A stretch of 36,734 nucleotides of DNA from Oligoflexia bacterium (lineage in GTDB: Bacteria > Bdellovibrionota > Bdellovibrionia > JABDDW01): assembly GCA_043732305.1 (NCBI GenBank), contig JAYTHU010000068.1, forward strand, positions 1-36,734. The letters are read 5' to 3'. The first letter of the stretch is position 1. The number at the start of each line of letters is the position of its first letter. Both the position numbers and the translations under genes were made by a program. Shown piece by piece: positions 27,150 through 36,232 of the stretch. The notes under the pieces are model-generated. The model was given only the letters and a program-made list of their open reading frames with translations. It made no database searches and was not told the origin of the DNA.

Positions 27150-29300
27150 ATGGTCAAAAAATTCAAAGCGTCGCTCCTTTTTAATAGGGAGTTGAGCTGG
27201 ATGGCATTCAATGATCGAGTTTTAGAAGAAGCACAAGATGCCTCTTACCCTTTGCTCGAGCGTTTAAAATTCATCGCCATTGTCAGTTCAAATCTCGATG
27301 AATTCTTCATGGTCCGAGTAGCTGGGCTTGAGAGAAAAGCCCGAAGTACTCCAGATCGCAAGCAAGATGATGGTTCAAAAATTTCTGACACGCTTTACCA
27401 GATTCGAGAGTGGACTCTTCAGCAGAAGCGCCACCAGTCCGAAGTTCTCAAGGATGTTTTGGGTCAATTGCAAAAGTCCGGGCTATTTTTACAAACTGAA
27501 ATCGGATTAGAGGATAAAGCTCTTATTGATTTCTACACGGAGAAAAATCCGGTTCCAAAGATAAATGTTGTCACCGGCGTGGAAGGTTTACGAAATCTTC
27601 TGGGCGGAGTGATTTACGTTTTTGTCAAATTGCAAAATCGCCTCGCTATTCTGAGCTTGCCTGACGGAATGGATCGACTGTTGAAGCTCCCACCAGAGAT
27701 TGCTAAAACTGTTAATCATTACGTTTTGGGAGAAAAATTATTATCAGCCACTGCGCAAAGATATTTTCCTGGCGAGACTGTGCTCGAGTCATTTCCGTTT
27801 AAAGTAATCAGGGATGCCGATCTCAAAATTGATCCAGACACTGAACCTGAGGCTATGCTTTCAACAATTGAGATAGCACTTTCTAGGCGGGGTCGATTGC
27901 CAGCCGTGCGTTTAGAAGTCGACGCTCCTAGTATCACCGATGGAGCTCTCGCTCTTTCACAAGCGTTGAAACTTTCGCAACGTTCTATTTATCGATATGA
28001 TTCTCCACTCGATTTAAAAATTCTCTGGCGACTTTATAATCATCCTGATTTTGCAAAACTTAGATTTCCAGCTATGGCCCAACCTGAGGGGGAGGTATCT
28101 CCGCAGATCACGAAGGTTCCAGATTTGGTTAAAATTCTTCAAGGCAATGATGTTCTACTTCATCATCCTTATGACACTTTTGAAACGATTGTGAAACTTT
28201 TAGAAGCGGCGGCCGAAGATCCTGCTGTAGTGGCTATTCGGCAAACTCTTTACCGCACAGGAAAAGATTCTTCCATTGTGAAATCACTGATCAAGGCTGC
28301 TCAACGGGGAAAAGCTGTGAGTGTGCTTGTGGAACTTCGTGCACGATTCGATGAAGCCACAAACATTAGTGTTGTTAAAGAATTAAGAAAACATGGCATA
28401 AAAATTCTTAAGGGGATTCCTGATAAGAAAATACATTGCAAGGCCACCCAGATTATTAGACGAGAGGGTGGTGACGTGACGTCTTTTGTTCACGTTGGGA
28501 CGGGAAATTATAATCCGGAGACCGCAAGACTTTACACTGATTTAAGTTTGCTTACGACTCACACAAGTTTCGGTCGTGACGCGGAAAAATTATTCAAAGC
28601 TTTTGAAAGTGGCCGTATGCCGCGTTTGTTTGAAGTTTTTGTTCCAGCACCAGAGCAGCTTCATAAAAAGCTGACGCTATGGGTTAGAAATGAGGCCAGA
28701 CGTGCCAGAGAAGGCGACAAAGACGCGCGCATCATTGCCAAAATGAATTCGCTTGTTGATCCCAAGATGTGCCAGGAACTTTATGCCGCCTCACAAGCAG
28801 GGGTGAAAATCGATCTCATTGTTCGCGGCACTTGTGTTCTCAGGCCAGGTGTGGTGGGTGTGAGCGAAAATATTCGCGTGATCAGCGTAGTGGATAAATA
28901 TCTTGAGCACAGTCGCATTTATTATTTCAGGAATGGTGGAACCAGCATGGTCTACCTTTCTAGTGCAGATTGGATGCCTCGAAATTTTTATCATCGTATT
29001 GAGATTGCATTTCCTATCGAAGAGCCAAGCCTTCGAGATTTTGTAAGCGGAGACCTTCTAGAAGCTTATTTAAAAGACAACGTTAAAGCTCGTTTGCTTT
29101 TGCCGGATGGTCGCTGGGTTCGAAAACCAGTCGCTGAGGGAGAGATGCGATTCCATGCTCAATCCTACTTTGAAAAATTAGCGAAGTCACATTACAAGGG
29201 CACAACGCTTTTTGATCGTTTTGTTAAACATAAAAAAGAAAAGCCTATGCCTGAAACACTTGCCGTTACACCACTGGCGCCCGTGAAGTCCGTCCAGTGA
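27150..29300 (+). CDS. ppk1: Polyphosphate kinase 1
   Basis: NRELSWMAFNDRVL, SSNLDEFFMVRVAGL, HHPY, ELRARFDE, KIHCK (phospho-His), GTGNYN, LEHSR and SADWMPRN. Confidence 0.96.
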   Translation: MVKKFKASLLFNRELSWMAFNDRVLEEAQDASYPLLERLKFIAIVSSNLDEFFMVRVAGLERKARSTPDRKQDDGSKISDTLYQIREWTLQQKRHQSEVLKDVLGQLQKSGLFLQTEIGLEDKALIDFYTEKNPVPKINVVTGVEGLRNLLGGVIYVFVKLQNRLAILSLPDGMDRLLKLPPEIAKTVNHYVLGEKLLSATAQRYFPGETVLESFPFKVIRDADLKIDPDTEPEAMLSTIEIALSRRGRLPAVRLEVDAPSITDGALALSQALKLSQRSIYRYDSPLDLKILWRLYNHPDFAKLRFPAMAQPEGEVSPQITKVPDLVKILQGNDVLLHHPYDTFETIVKLLEAAAEDPAVVAIRQTLYRTGKDSSIVKSLIKAAQRGKAVSVLVELRARFDEATNISVVKELRKHGIKILKGIPDKKIHCKATQIIRREGGDVTSFVHVGTGNYNPETARLYTDLSLLTTHTSFGRDAEKLFKAFESGRMPRLFEVFVPAPEQLHKKLTLWVRNEARRAREGDKDARIIAKMNSLVDPKMCQELYAASQAGVKIDLIVRGTCVLRPGVVGVSENIRVISVVDKYLEHSRIYYFRNGGTSMVYLSSADWMPRNFYHRIEIAFPIEEPSLRDFVSGDLLEAYLKDNVKARLLLPDGRWVRKPVAEGEMRFHAQSYFEKLAKSHYKGTTLFDRFVKHKKEKPMPETLAVTPLAPVKSVQ

Positions 29301-29311
29301 AAGGACAATCC

Positions 29312-31135
29312 ATGAAACTTAGTTTTCCACTCCTTTTTCTATCACTTACCCTTTTCACTAATTCTAGCTGGGCCGTGTCCGCCGATCAAGTGGCACTGAT
29401 AAAATTGACGATGCAAGTGGATGCGAATTCACCGTTAGAGGTAAGGGTGGCAGTTCCCGCAAATCATCATTTTAATATAAAAGCACCGAATGAAGCATTT
29501 TTGGTTTTGAAAAAATCCTCAAACGGATTTGATTCTAAGCTCATGGCTAAACTTGATTTGTCTTTGAAAACCGTGAAGGCCGTTTGGAAAGCAGATGTCA
29601 AAAACAGCGATCTTGATAATTGCGAGATTCAAACAAAGCTCTTTGTTTGTGACGATGCCAACACTTATTGCCTACCCAAAAAATCTAGCTATGATTGCTC
29701 TGGAAAAGAATTAATCGCTGCTGCTGAAATTGTTAAAAGTCCATTAAAGTTCAAGGAGTCGGGGAAAGTTGAAGCTGCGGAAATTCTTAAAGTTCGCCGA
29801 AGCACTGAATTCGATGACAGTCTGTTTATTGATGAAGACATTGCAAAAGCCATGGCACTGGCTAGAAAAGAAAATCGAATTTTGTTTATCGAATTTGGTG
29901 CTATCTGGTGCCCACCCTGCAATGAGTTAGAAGAGACTGTATTTAATCAGCCCAAGTTTAAAAAATTCAAAAATGATTTTGTTTTTTTAAGATTCGATGT
30001 CGACAAAGCTAGCTCTTGGGAGTGGAAATCTAAATACCAAATTCAAGGCTATCCAACTGTCATTATGGCTAAGGCCAATGGCGAAGAAATTTCACGAGTG
30101 GTCGGGGCACGTCGACCTGTTTCAATGTTCAAGCAAATGAATTTGGCGATTAAAAATAAAAGGCGTTCCGCAGATCAGGTGTCAGATAATGATCGTGGCT
30201 TGCAAGCTTTGGATCGTGCAGATTATTCGGAGGCACTTGCTTATTTTGTGAAAGCTAGCAAGCGTTGGACAGCGACAGATCCCAAACGTAATAATTTGCT
30301 GACAGCCATAATCGGGGTGCAAGAGGATTTGATTAAAAAAGAAGTCGAGTCTAAAGATGAAAAAGCTGTGGAGCGAAAAAAATCTCAGGCAGCACTTTTA
30401 GTTTTGGCCATCGAATGGTTTCCCTTCACTGTGCAAGCGATGGAACGCATTGAAAAATTATCGGACTTAGCTGAAGACTTTGGCGATAAGACGATGAGCA
30501 AGAAGGCAACGGATTTGTCTTTGAAAATCGCGCAAGGTTTACTTAAAAATCCAAAGTCATATCAGGACGAAGACGTGACTGCGGGCGACATTTATGAATT
30601 TTTGGGTACCAGTTACGAGGCATCGAAAAATCAGGTGAAGGCCCGGGAAAATTATAAAAAAGCAGCTGACGAATATTACAAAATGATCAAGCTCTCCGGA
30701 TTGGACGAGAAAAATGAACGTGGCTACAATTTGGAGCGAGTTTATTGTATTTGGAAATCAGGAAACTTTGACGAAGCTGGAAAGCTCTACAGCGGTTTGC
30801 AAGCAATCTATCCCGAGGAATTTACATTTTATTATCAGAATTCAAAAATGCTGATGGATCAGAAACTTTGGACAGCCGCTTTAGATAAAGCTCAAATTGC
30901 ATTTAAATATTCTTACGGCGATAATAAATTGCGTGTCACCCTGCTCATTGCCGAGCTCTACAAAAATATGGGCAAACCCAAGGATGGTGTCAAATTTCTT
31001 GATCAAGTTTTAGCCGACTTCAAAGCCCCCGAAGACTCCAAAGTGCGAACCACTTTTTACATCGCTAAGCTTCGGAAATTCAAAACTGATTTAGAAGCTT
31101 CGCCAATTGAAAAAGCTACCAGTGGAATGAAGTAG
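29312..31135 (+). CDS. Secreted thioredoxin-fold protein with TPR-like C-terminus
   Basis: Signal peptide; WCPPC and cis-Pro GYPT; helical TPR-like repeats. ATG 29312 (SD aagga), alternative GTG 29297. Confidence 0.85.
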   Translation: MKLSFPLLFLSLTLFTNSSWAVSADQVALIKLTMQVDANSPLEVRVAVPANHHFNIKAPNEAFLVLKKSSNGFDSKLMAKLDLSLKTVKAVWKADVKNSDLDNCEIQTKLFVCDDANTYCLPKKSSYDCSGKELIAAAEIVKSPLKFKESGKVEAAEILKVRRSTEFDDSLFIDEDIAKAMALARKENRILFIEFGAIWCPPCNELEETVFNQPKFKKFKNDFVFLRFDVDKASSWEWKSKYQIQGYPTVIMAKANGEEISRVVGARRPVSMFKQMNLAIKNKRRSADQVSDNDRGLQALDRADYSEALAYFVKASKRWTATDPKRNNLLTAIIGVQEDLIKKEVESKDEKAVERKKSQAALLVLAIEWFPFTVQAMERIEKLSDLAEDFGDKTMSKKATDLSLKIAQGLLKNPKSYQDEDVTAGDIYEFLGTSYEASKNQVKARENYKKAADEYYKMIKLSGLDEKNERGYNLERVYCIWKSGNFDEAGKLYSGLQAIYPEEFTFYYQNSKMLMDQKLWTAALDKAQIAFKYSYGDNKLRVTLLIAELYKNMGKPKDGVKFLDQVLADFKAPEDSKVRTTFYIAKLRKFKTDLEASPIEKATSGMK

Positions 31136-31239
31136 ATCCGATGCTGCAGGCGTTAAATGTTGCCGCGTAAAATTCCTCTACGCCAAATCTTCAAGCAGCA
31201 CTGCAAATAGAACTTCTACGTTAGTAGTGATCGAAAAAA

Positions 31240-32736
31240 TTAATTGAATTCTTTGCGGAGTTTGTATTTGTCGATGAAGCCGCGGGAGTTCATAGGAAGT
31301 TCTTGCATGAAGGCAATGGCCTGGGGACGATTTTTCTCGGGTAGGCACGCGCACTGGGCTTGAATTTCTTGGCCTGAAAGATCGGCACCGGCTTTTTTGG
31401 AAACTACGGCGGTAATAATATTTTTACCCTGAGCGTCTTTGGTTTGAATGACCGCAACTTTATCGACAGCAGAAATTTTTATAATTTCATCTTCGATCGG
31501 TTTAGCCATGACCCATTGGCCCACCACATTCATAATATTGTCTTTGCGATCTAAAAATTTAACAATTCCCTGCTTATCCACCTCAACAATGTCCCCCGTG
31601 AATAGCCATTGTCCGCGCATGTTGACTTTGGTGGCTTCGCTATTTCCGTGGTAGCTCGAGGCCACACTATTTGCAGAAATAATTAGCTGTCCAATTTGTG
31701 GTTTCCCTGCGGGAATGTCGTCGCCATTGTCGTCCACTAGTCGAGTTTTTATTCCGGAAAGGAAACGACCGACCGTAGATGCTGGTTCTGGTTCTTCAAA
31801 TTGACGGCCAGCGATCGCCCATCCACTTTCGACAGACCCGTAAATATTTAAAATTTTTGCGTTGAAATCATTTAATGCCATTTCATAAGTTTCAGGCGCA
31901 ATCAAACCATAGTCTGGAGTGATGGATCTTAGCATCGGAATTTTCAAATTCATATTCTTGAAATTTTGGAGCCAATCGTTAATGACGGTCCCTTTCATAA
32001 GCAAGCGACTGACTTTCGCTTCGAGTAATTCTTTGGCGAGTTCTTCAAAAGTAGTTGCGAAGTCACAAATTTCGACGGAACTTCCAGAAAGTAAGGGGAG
32101 CATCAGACCGTGAATAAAATAAAACGGATTCATCAAAGACGCACCGTAAGTCATGAAGGTGTCCAAATTATTAATGCGGTAAATACTTTTCAGAATGAGC
32201 GCCGCCTGTTGAAGCATGGTGTGATTGTAAGGAACCCACTTGGGTTCCCCGGTTGTGCCAGAAGTTTGAAAGTAGGCGACAATGTCACTGTCTGAGGCCG
32301 AAACGCTGGTAGGGAGTCTATAAGTTTCATCGTACTCGCCCCATCGTCTTGATTCACAACTGATTAGATGTAAAGTGAGTCTATTGTTTTTGATCATGTT
32401 TTTCACGTGTGACACAAGATCATCGCTGACAATGATTGAATCGATTTGTAAATCTTTTATTGCATCTAAAACTTGGACTTCGGGTGTTGATGGATCCATC
32501 AAGACGACGGTATTTTTTGTATTTACGCAGGCAAAAAACGCATACGCAATATGTGGACAGTTGGTCATGAAGATCATGACCTTTCTATTATGTTTGATCT
32601 CATTTTGTAAAAAGTAAGAAAAGCGATTTATGTAACTGTAAGCTTCTTTATAGCTATGAACTTTTGCTAAATGACGGAAGCAAATTTTGCCTCCGGCTTG
32701 GCCGGCACAGACTGCGAGTTTTTGTCCTAAAAGCAC
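31240..32736 (-). CDS. Class I adenylate-forming (acyl-CoA synthetase-like) protein, degenerate
   Basis: TSGTTGEPK, YGSVE, TGD and DRKD motifs; start moved to GTG 32736 (SD ggagga 5 nt upstream). Confidence 0.88.
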   Translation of the reverse strand: MLLGQKLAVCAGQAGGKICFRHLAKVHSYKEAYSYINRFSYFLQNEIKHNRKVMIFMTNCPHIAYAFFACVNTKNTVVLMDPSTPEVQVLDAIKDLQIDSIIVSDDLVSHVKNMIKNNRLTLHLISCESRRWGEYDETYRLPTSVSASDSDIVAYFQTSGTTGEPKWVPYNHTMLQQAALILKSIYRINNLDTFMTYGASLMNPFYFIHGLMLPLLSGSSVEICDFATTFEELAKELLEAKVSRLLMKGTVINDWLQNFKNMNLKIPMLRSITPDYGLIAPETYEMALNDFNAKILNIYGSVESGWAIAGRQFEEPEPASTVGRFLSGIKTRLVDDNGDDIPAGKPQIGQLIISANSVASSYHGNSEATKVNMRGQWLFTGDIVEVDKQGIVKFLDRKDNIMNVVGQWVMAKPIEDEIIKISAVDKVAVIQTKDAQGKNIITAVVSKKAGADLSGQEIQAQCACLPEKNRPQAIAFMQELPMNSRGFIDKYKLRKEFN

Positions 32737-32778
32737 GATGTTCCTCCAAAAAATTTCAGGCAAAGATTCCTGGCAAAG

Positions 32779-32807
32779 TTGACGTTCATATTAATTATCG
32801 GTAACAT
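32779..32807 (+). promoter_or_regulatory. Putative leaderless sigma70 promoter of serA
   Basis: TTGACG-N17-TAACAT-N6-ATG. Confidence 0.55.
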
Positions 32808-32813
32808 TAGGTC

Positions 32814-34040
32814 ATGACAAAACTATCTTTTCCCAAAAACCAGATCAAAATTTTTCTCGCTGAAAATATTCATCCCGTAGCCCACGCCCTACTTAAGTCA
32901 GAGGGTTTTTCGGTCGAGGGTGGGAAAAATGCCATGAGCGAGCAAGAATTGATCGAGAAACTTTCCGATATTCATATTTTGGGGATCAGGTCCAAGACTC
33001 AAGTCGAGGCAAAGTATCTTCAACACGCTAAAAAGCTAATGTCGATAGGCTGTTTTTGTATTGGCACAAATCAAGTCGATCTTAAAACTGCACGCGATCA
33101 AGGTGTTGTGGTTTTTAACGCGCCTTTTAGCAACACGCGAAGTGTAGCTGAACTTATTATGGCTGAAATTGTAATGCTGTCCCGAAAACTTGGAGACCGC
33201 AATCGCGAAATGCATTTTGGCGACTGGGTAAAATCCGCCGATGGTTGTTTTGAGGTGCGCGGAAAAACTTTGGGTATCATCGGCTATGGACATATTGGGT
33301 CGCAAGTGAGTGTGCTCGCTGAAAGTTTCGGAATGAAAGTCATTTATTATGACATCGTTACCAAAATGGCGATGGGAAATGGTCGTCAAATTCCTGTGCT
33401 TGAAGACCTTTTAATCCAATCTGATTTTGTAACCCTACACGTTCCAGAAACTCTTCAAACACAAAACATGATGGGCGCAGCACAGATTGCGAAATTGAAA
33501 AAGGGAAGTTGTCTACTCAACGCTAGTCGCGGAACTGTGGTTGATTTAAAAGCTTTGAAGGTGGCTTTGATGGAAGGTCTTGTCGCAGGTTGTGCGGTTG
33601 ATGTTTTTCCAACGGAGCCTGAAAATAACAAAGACAAATTTGCACTCGATTTGCAAAATATTCCTAATGTCATTCTGACTCCGCATATTGGCGGTAGCAC
33701 TGAGGAAGCTCAGGAAAATATTGGGCTTGAAGTGGCTCACAGCTTTATTAAATTTATCAATAACGGCAGCACCACAAGTTCAGTTAATTTTCCTCAAGTC
33801 GATTTACCCGTGAAGCATGAAGGACATCGAATATTGAATGTTCACCGAAACGTTCCCGGCGTTCTCAAAGAAATCAACCGTATCATTTCAGATCTTGGTG
33901 CCAACATTTCGGGGCAGTATTTGGCGACAGATTCTGAAATTGGTTATTTGATTGTTGAGATAGATCAGCTTGTCTCTGACAAAGTGAGAGACGAGATTTC
34001 AAAACTTCCTACCAGTATACGTACCCGACTCTTGTTCTAA
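32814..34040 (+). CDS. serA: D-3-phosphoglycerate dehydrogenase (E. coli-like type II, ACT domain)
   Basis: GIRSKT, FCIGTNQV, NAPFSNTRSVAE, GYGHIG, NASRG, TPHIGGST and HRNVPGVL. Confidence 0.96.
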   Translation: MTKLSFPKNQIKIFLAENIHPVAHALLKSEGFSVEGGKNAMSEQELIEKLSDIHILGIRSKTQVEAKYLQHAKKLMSIGCFCIGTNQVDLKTARDQGVVVFNAPFSNTRSVAELIMAEIVMLSRKLGDRNREMHFGDWVKSADGCFEVRGKTLGIIGYGHIGSQVSVLAESFGMKVIYYDIVTKMAMGNGRQIPVLEDLLIQSDFVTLHVPETLQTQNMMGAAQIAKLKKGSCLLNASRGTVVDLKALKVALMEGLVAGCAVDVFPTEPENNKDKFALDLQNIPNVILTPHIGGSTEEAQENIGLEVAHSFIKFINNGSTTSSVNFPQVDLPVKHEGHRILNVHRNVPGVLKEINRIISDLGANISGQYLATDSEIGYLIVEIDQLVSDKVRDEISKLPTSIRTRLLF

Positions 34041-34054
34041 AAAGTTTTCAGCTA

Positions 34055-35437
34055 CTAAAAAATTTTTCCGGGATTTATCAGTCCTTGAGGATCAAAAACT
34101 GCTTTTATTTGCTTCATAAGGGAAATCTCTGCCGGCGACCTTGTGTAGCTCAGGAAATCTTTTTTGGTGAGTCCTATCCCGTGCTCTGCAGAAATGCTTC
34201 CACCATATTTTTTCACAAGATCAAACATTTTAGGATCTGCTTTGTGGGCGAGAGTGAAAAACTCTTCTTTTGAAAGCTCTTTAGGTTTTACAAAGTTGAC
34301 GTGGAGATTGCCATCGCCAATATGCCCAAACAAAACCACTTCCACTCCGGGAAAATTTGTCTTTAAGGTCTTCTCCAGCTCGATACAAAAAGCGTCTATC
34401 TGAGAGATGGGCAGCGAAATATCATTTTTATGAACAACAGATGTTTGACTCAAGCTTTCGGATATATTCTCTCGCAGCGCCCAAAAGTCCGACGCTTGCT
34501 GAGAGTTACTCGCGATCACGCCGTCCAAAATAATTCCACGCTCACTCACGGCTTCCACAAATTTTTCAAATTTTTCCACATCTGATTCATGAGTTTTTTC
34601 AATTTCGACTAACACATAATGAGATGAACTCGCCGCAAACGGCAGATTTTTATGTGTGTGTTCATGAACTCTTAAATAAGCCTCTTGAGTGAAAAATTCG
34701 TAGGCACTCAGAGGAAGTTTAAATTCATTGGCCGCTGCAAAAAGTTCGGTCACATGATGGATTGAATCGAGTGCAAAGAGCGAAACTTGAAGTTCTTGCG
34801 GTGGTGCAGTGAGTTTCAGAATGCATTCGGTGATGACTCCTAATGTTCCTTCACTTCCCACAAAGAGTTGTTTCAGGTCATACCCGGTATTGTTTTTTAC
34901 ACATTCGTTTTTGAGATTTAAAACGTCACCATTAGCCAAGACAACTTCTAATCCTTGCACCCACTCACGCATGAGGCCGTAGCGAATGACTTTGATACCA
35001 CCCGCGTTGGTTGCGACGTTGCCGCCGATTTGGCTTGAACCGCTCGAAGCAAAATCCACGGGAAAGTAAAATCCCGCTTCTTCAGCTGCAATTTGAATTG
35101 TCTTTGTGACAGTACCTGCTTGGCAGTGAATAGTCTGATTCACTTTGTCGATTGAAAAGATTTTAGACATTTTCTGTAGAGATAAAATGACTTCACCATT
35201 TAAAGCGTTCGCGCCACCGCAGAGACCGGTTCTTCCGCCTGAAGGCACTACTTGAATTTTCTGCGCCGAACAATACTTTAGGATTTCACTCACTTGATCA
35301 GTTGTTTGCGGAAACAAAGCGGCAAGGGTGTTGGGAGTGAATTGCTTGGTGTAATCTTTGGCGTAATCCAAACGAGACTCGTCACTGATTACAGCCGCAT
35401 CGCCCAAAATTTTTCTAAAAGATTCCAATGTGTTCAA
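34055..35437 (-). CDS. FAD-binding oxidoreductase, D-2-hydroxyglutarate dehydrogenase-like
   Basis: PSGGRTGL, SQIGGNVATNAGG..IRYG, KNNTGYDL, GSEGTLG, FGHIGDGNLH, SAEHGIG and NPGK. Confidence 0.88.
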   Translation of the reverse strand: MNTLESFRKILGDAAVISDESRLDYAKDYTKQFTPNTLAALFPQTTDQVSEILKYCSAQKIQVVPSGGRTGLCGGANALNGEVILSLQKMSKIFSIDKVNQTIHCQAGTVTKTIQIAAEEAGFYFPVDFASSGSSQIGGNVATNAGGIKVIRYGLMREWVQGLEVVLANGDVLNLKNECVKNNTGYDLKQLFVGSEGTLGVITECILKLTAPPQELQVSLFALDSIHHVTELFAAANEFKLPLSAYEFFTQEAYLRVHEHTHKNLPFAASSSHYVLVEIEKTHESDVEKFEKFVEAVSERGIILDGVIASNSQQASDFWALRENISESLSQTSVVHKNDISLPISQIDAFCIELEKTLKTNFPGVEVVLFGHIGDGNLHVNFVKPKELSKEEFFTLAHKADPKMFDLVKKYGGSISAEHGIGLTKKDFLSYTRSPAEISLMKQIKAVFDPQGLINPGKIF

Positions 35438-35448
35438 TGTGTACCTAT

Positions 35449-36030
35449 TTATTTTAACGGGATGTCGAGTCTCATGAAACCTAGAAAAGGGATGTCCGAG
35501 TCAATGACCGCTTGAATTTCTTCAGTGGTCGCTTCAAAGATCGCCTCACCCACTCCTGCATAATCAACATACTCGGGTCTTAAAATTTTAGCACTATGGC
35601 TGAACAAATTCAGAACTAGTCGCAATGAAGAATTAAAACTTTCTCTTTGAAAGCCTACCTGATTTTTCACAAAATGAGCGTACATGTCGTTTTGATAGAC
35701 AAGACTCAACGGATGGCTGGCCGCAGGATCACTATCCCCAATCAGAATTCCCAAAGCCGGACCAGTGTGATCAGAGACTATCTTCCGCAAATCTGGAAAA
35801 AATTCGGCGAGCACTCTAATTTTTTTCCCTGGCTTTTTAAGTTCATGTTTCAGCATCGATGAAACTAGAACGTGTTTAGGGGCGATTAAATTGGCAAGTC
35901 CAAGTTGTTTCATCCACTCAGAACACTGGGACGCTAAAATAGTTTCGGGCAAAGTAATTCCAGAGAGAATGACCACGATGCCCATCACTCTGAGAGGCAC
36001 AGTCAAAATTTTAAAACATTCACGTTTCAA
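35449..36030 (-). CDS. Hypothetical secreted protein
   Basis: TTG start with SD agagga; hydrophobic N-terminus; 193 aa. Confidence 0.6.
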   Translation of the reverse strand: MKRECFKILTVPLRVMGIVVILSGITLPETILASQCSEWMKQLGLANLIAPKHVLVSSMLKHELKKPGKKIRVLAEFFPDLRKIVSDHTGPALGILIGDSDPAASHPLSLVYQNDMYAHFVKNQVGFQRESFNSSLRLVLNLFSHSAKILRPEYVDYAGVGEAIFEATTEEIQAVIDSDIPFLGFMRLDIPLK

Positions 36031-36162
36031 GTTTATTCCTCTATTTTTAATTTGTTCGTTTTGAATTGAGTTGGCCTAATATGCCCTAAGTTACTCCGTA
36101 AAGCAAATTGCAGACGGACGTCTAAACTATGATCAAAATGCTCCATTCAGATGCCTATAAGT

Positions 36163-36178
36163 GGGTATGTTTTGTGCT
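36163..36178 (+). promoter_or_regulatory. Possible sigma54 promoter
   Basis: GGGTATGTTTTGTGCT (GG-N10-GC), followed by ctata as at the 12710 site. Confidence 0.4.
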
Positions 36179-36232
36179 CTATAGAGTGATATAGAGCTGC
36201 ACGAAGTGGCTTCCATTAAAGAGGGGATGAAA

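Noticed and set aside
31136..31239. Weak complementarity (tgctgc/gcagca, ggcgt/acgcc) between convergent genes
   Set aside because: Stems are short and interrupted with no U-tract; cannot support a terminator or ncRNA.
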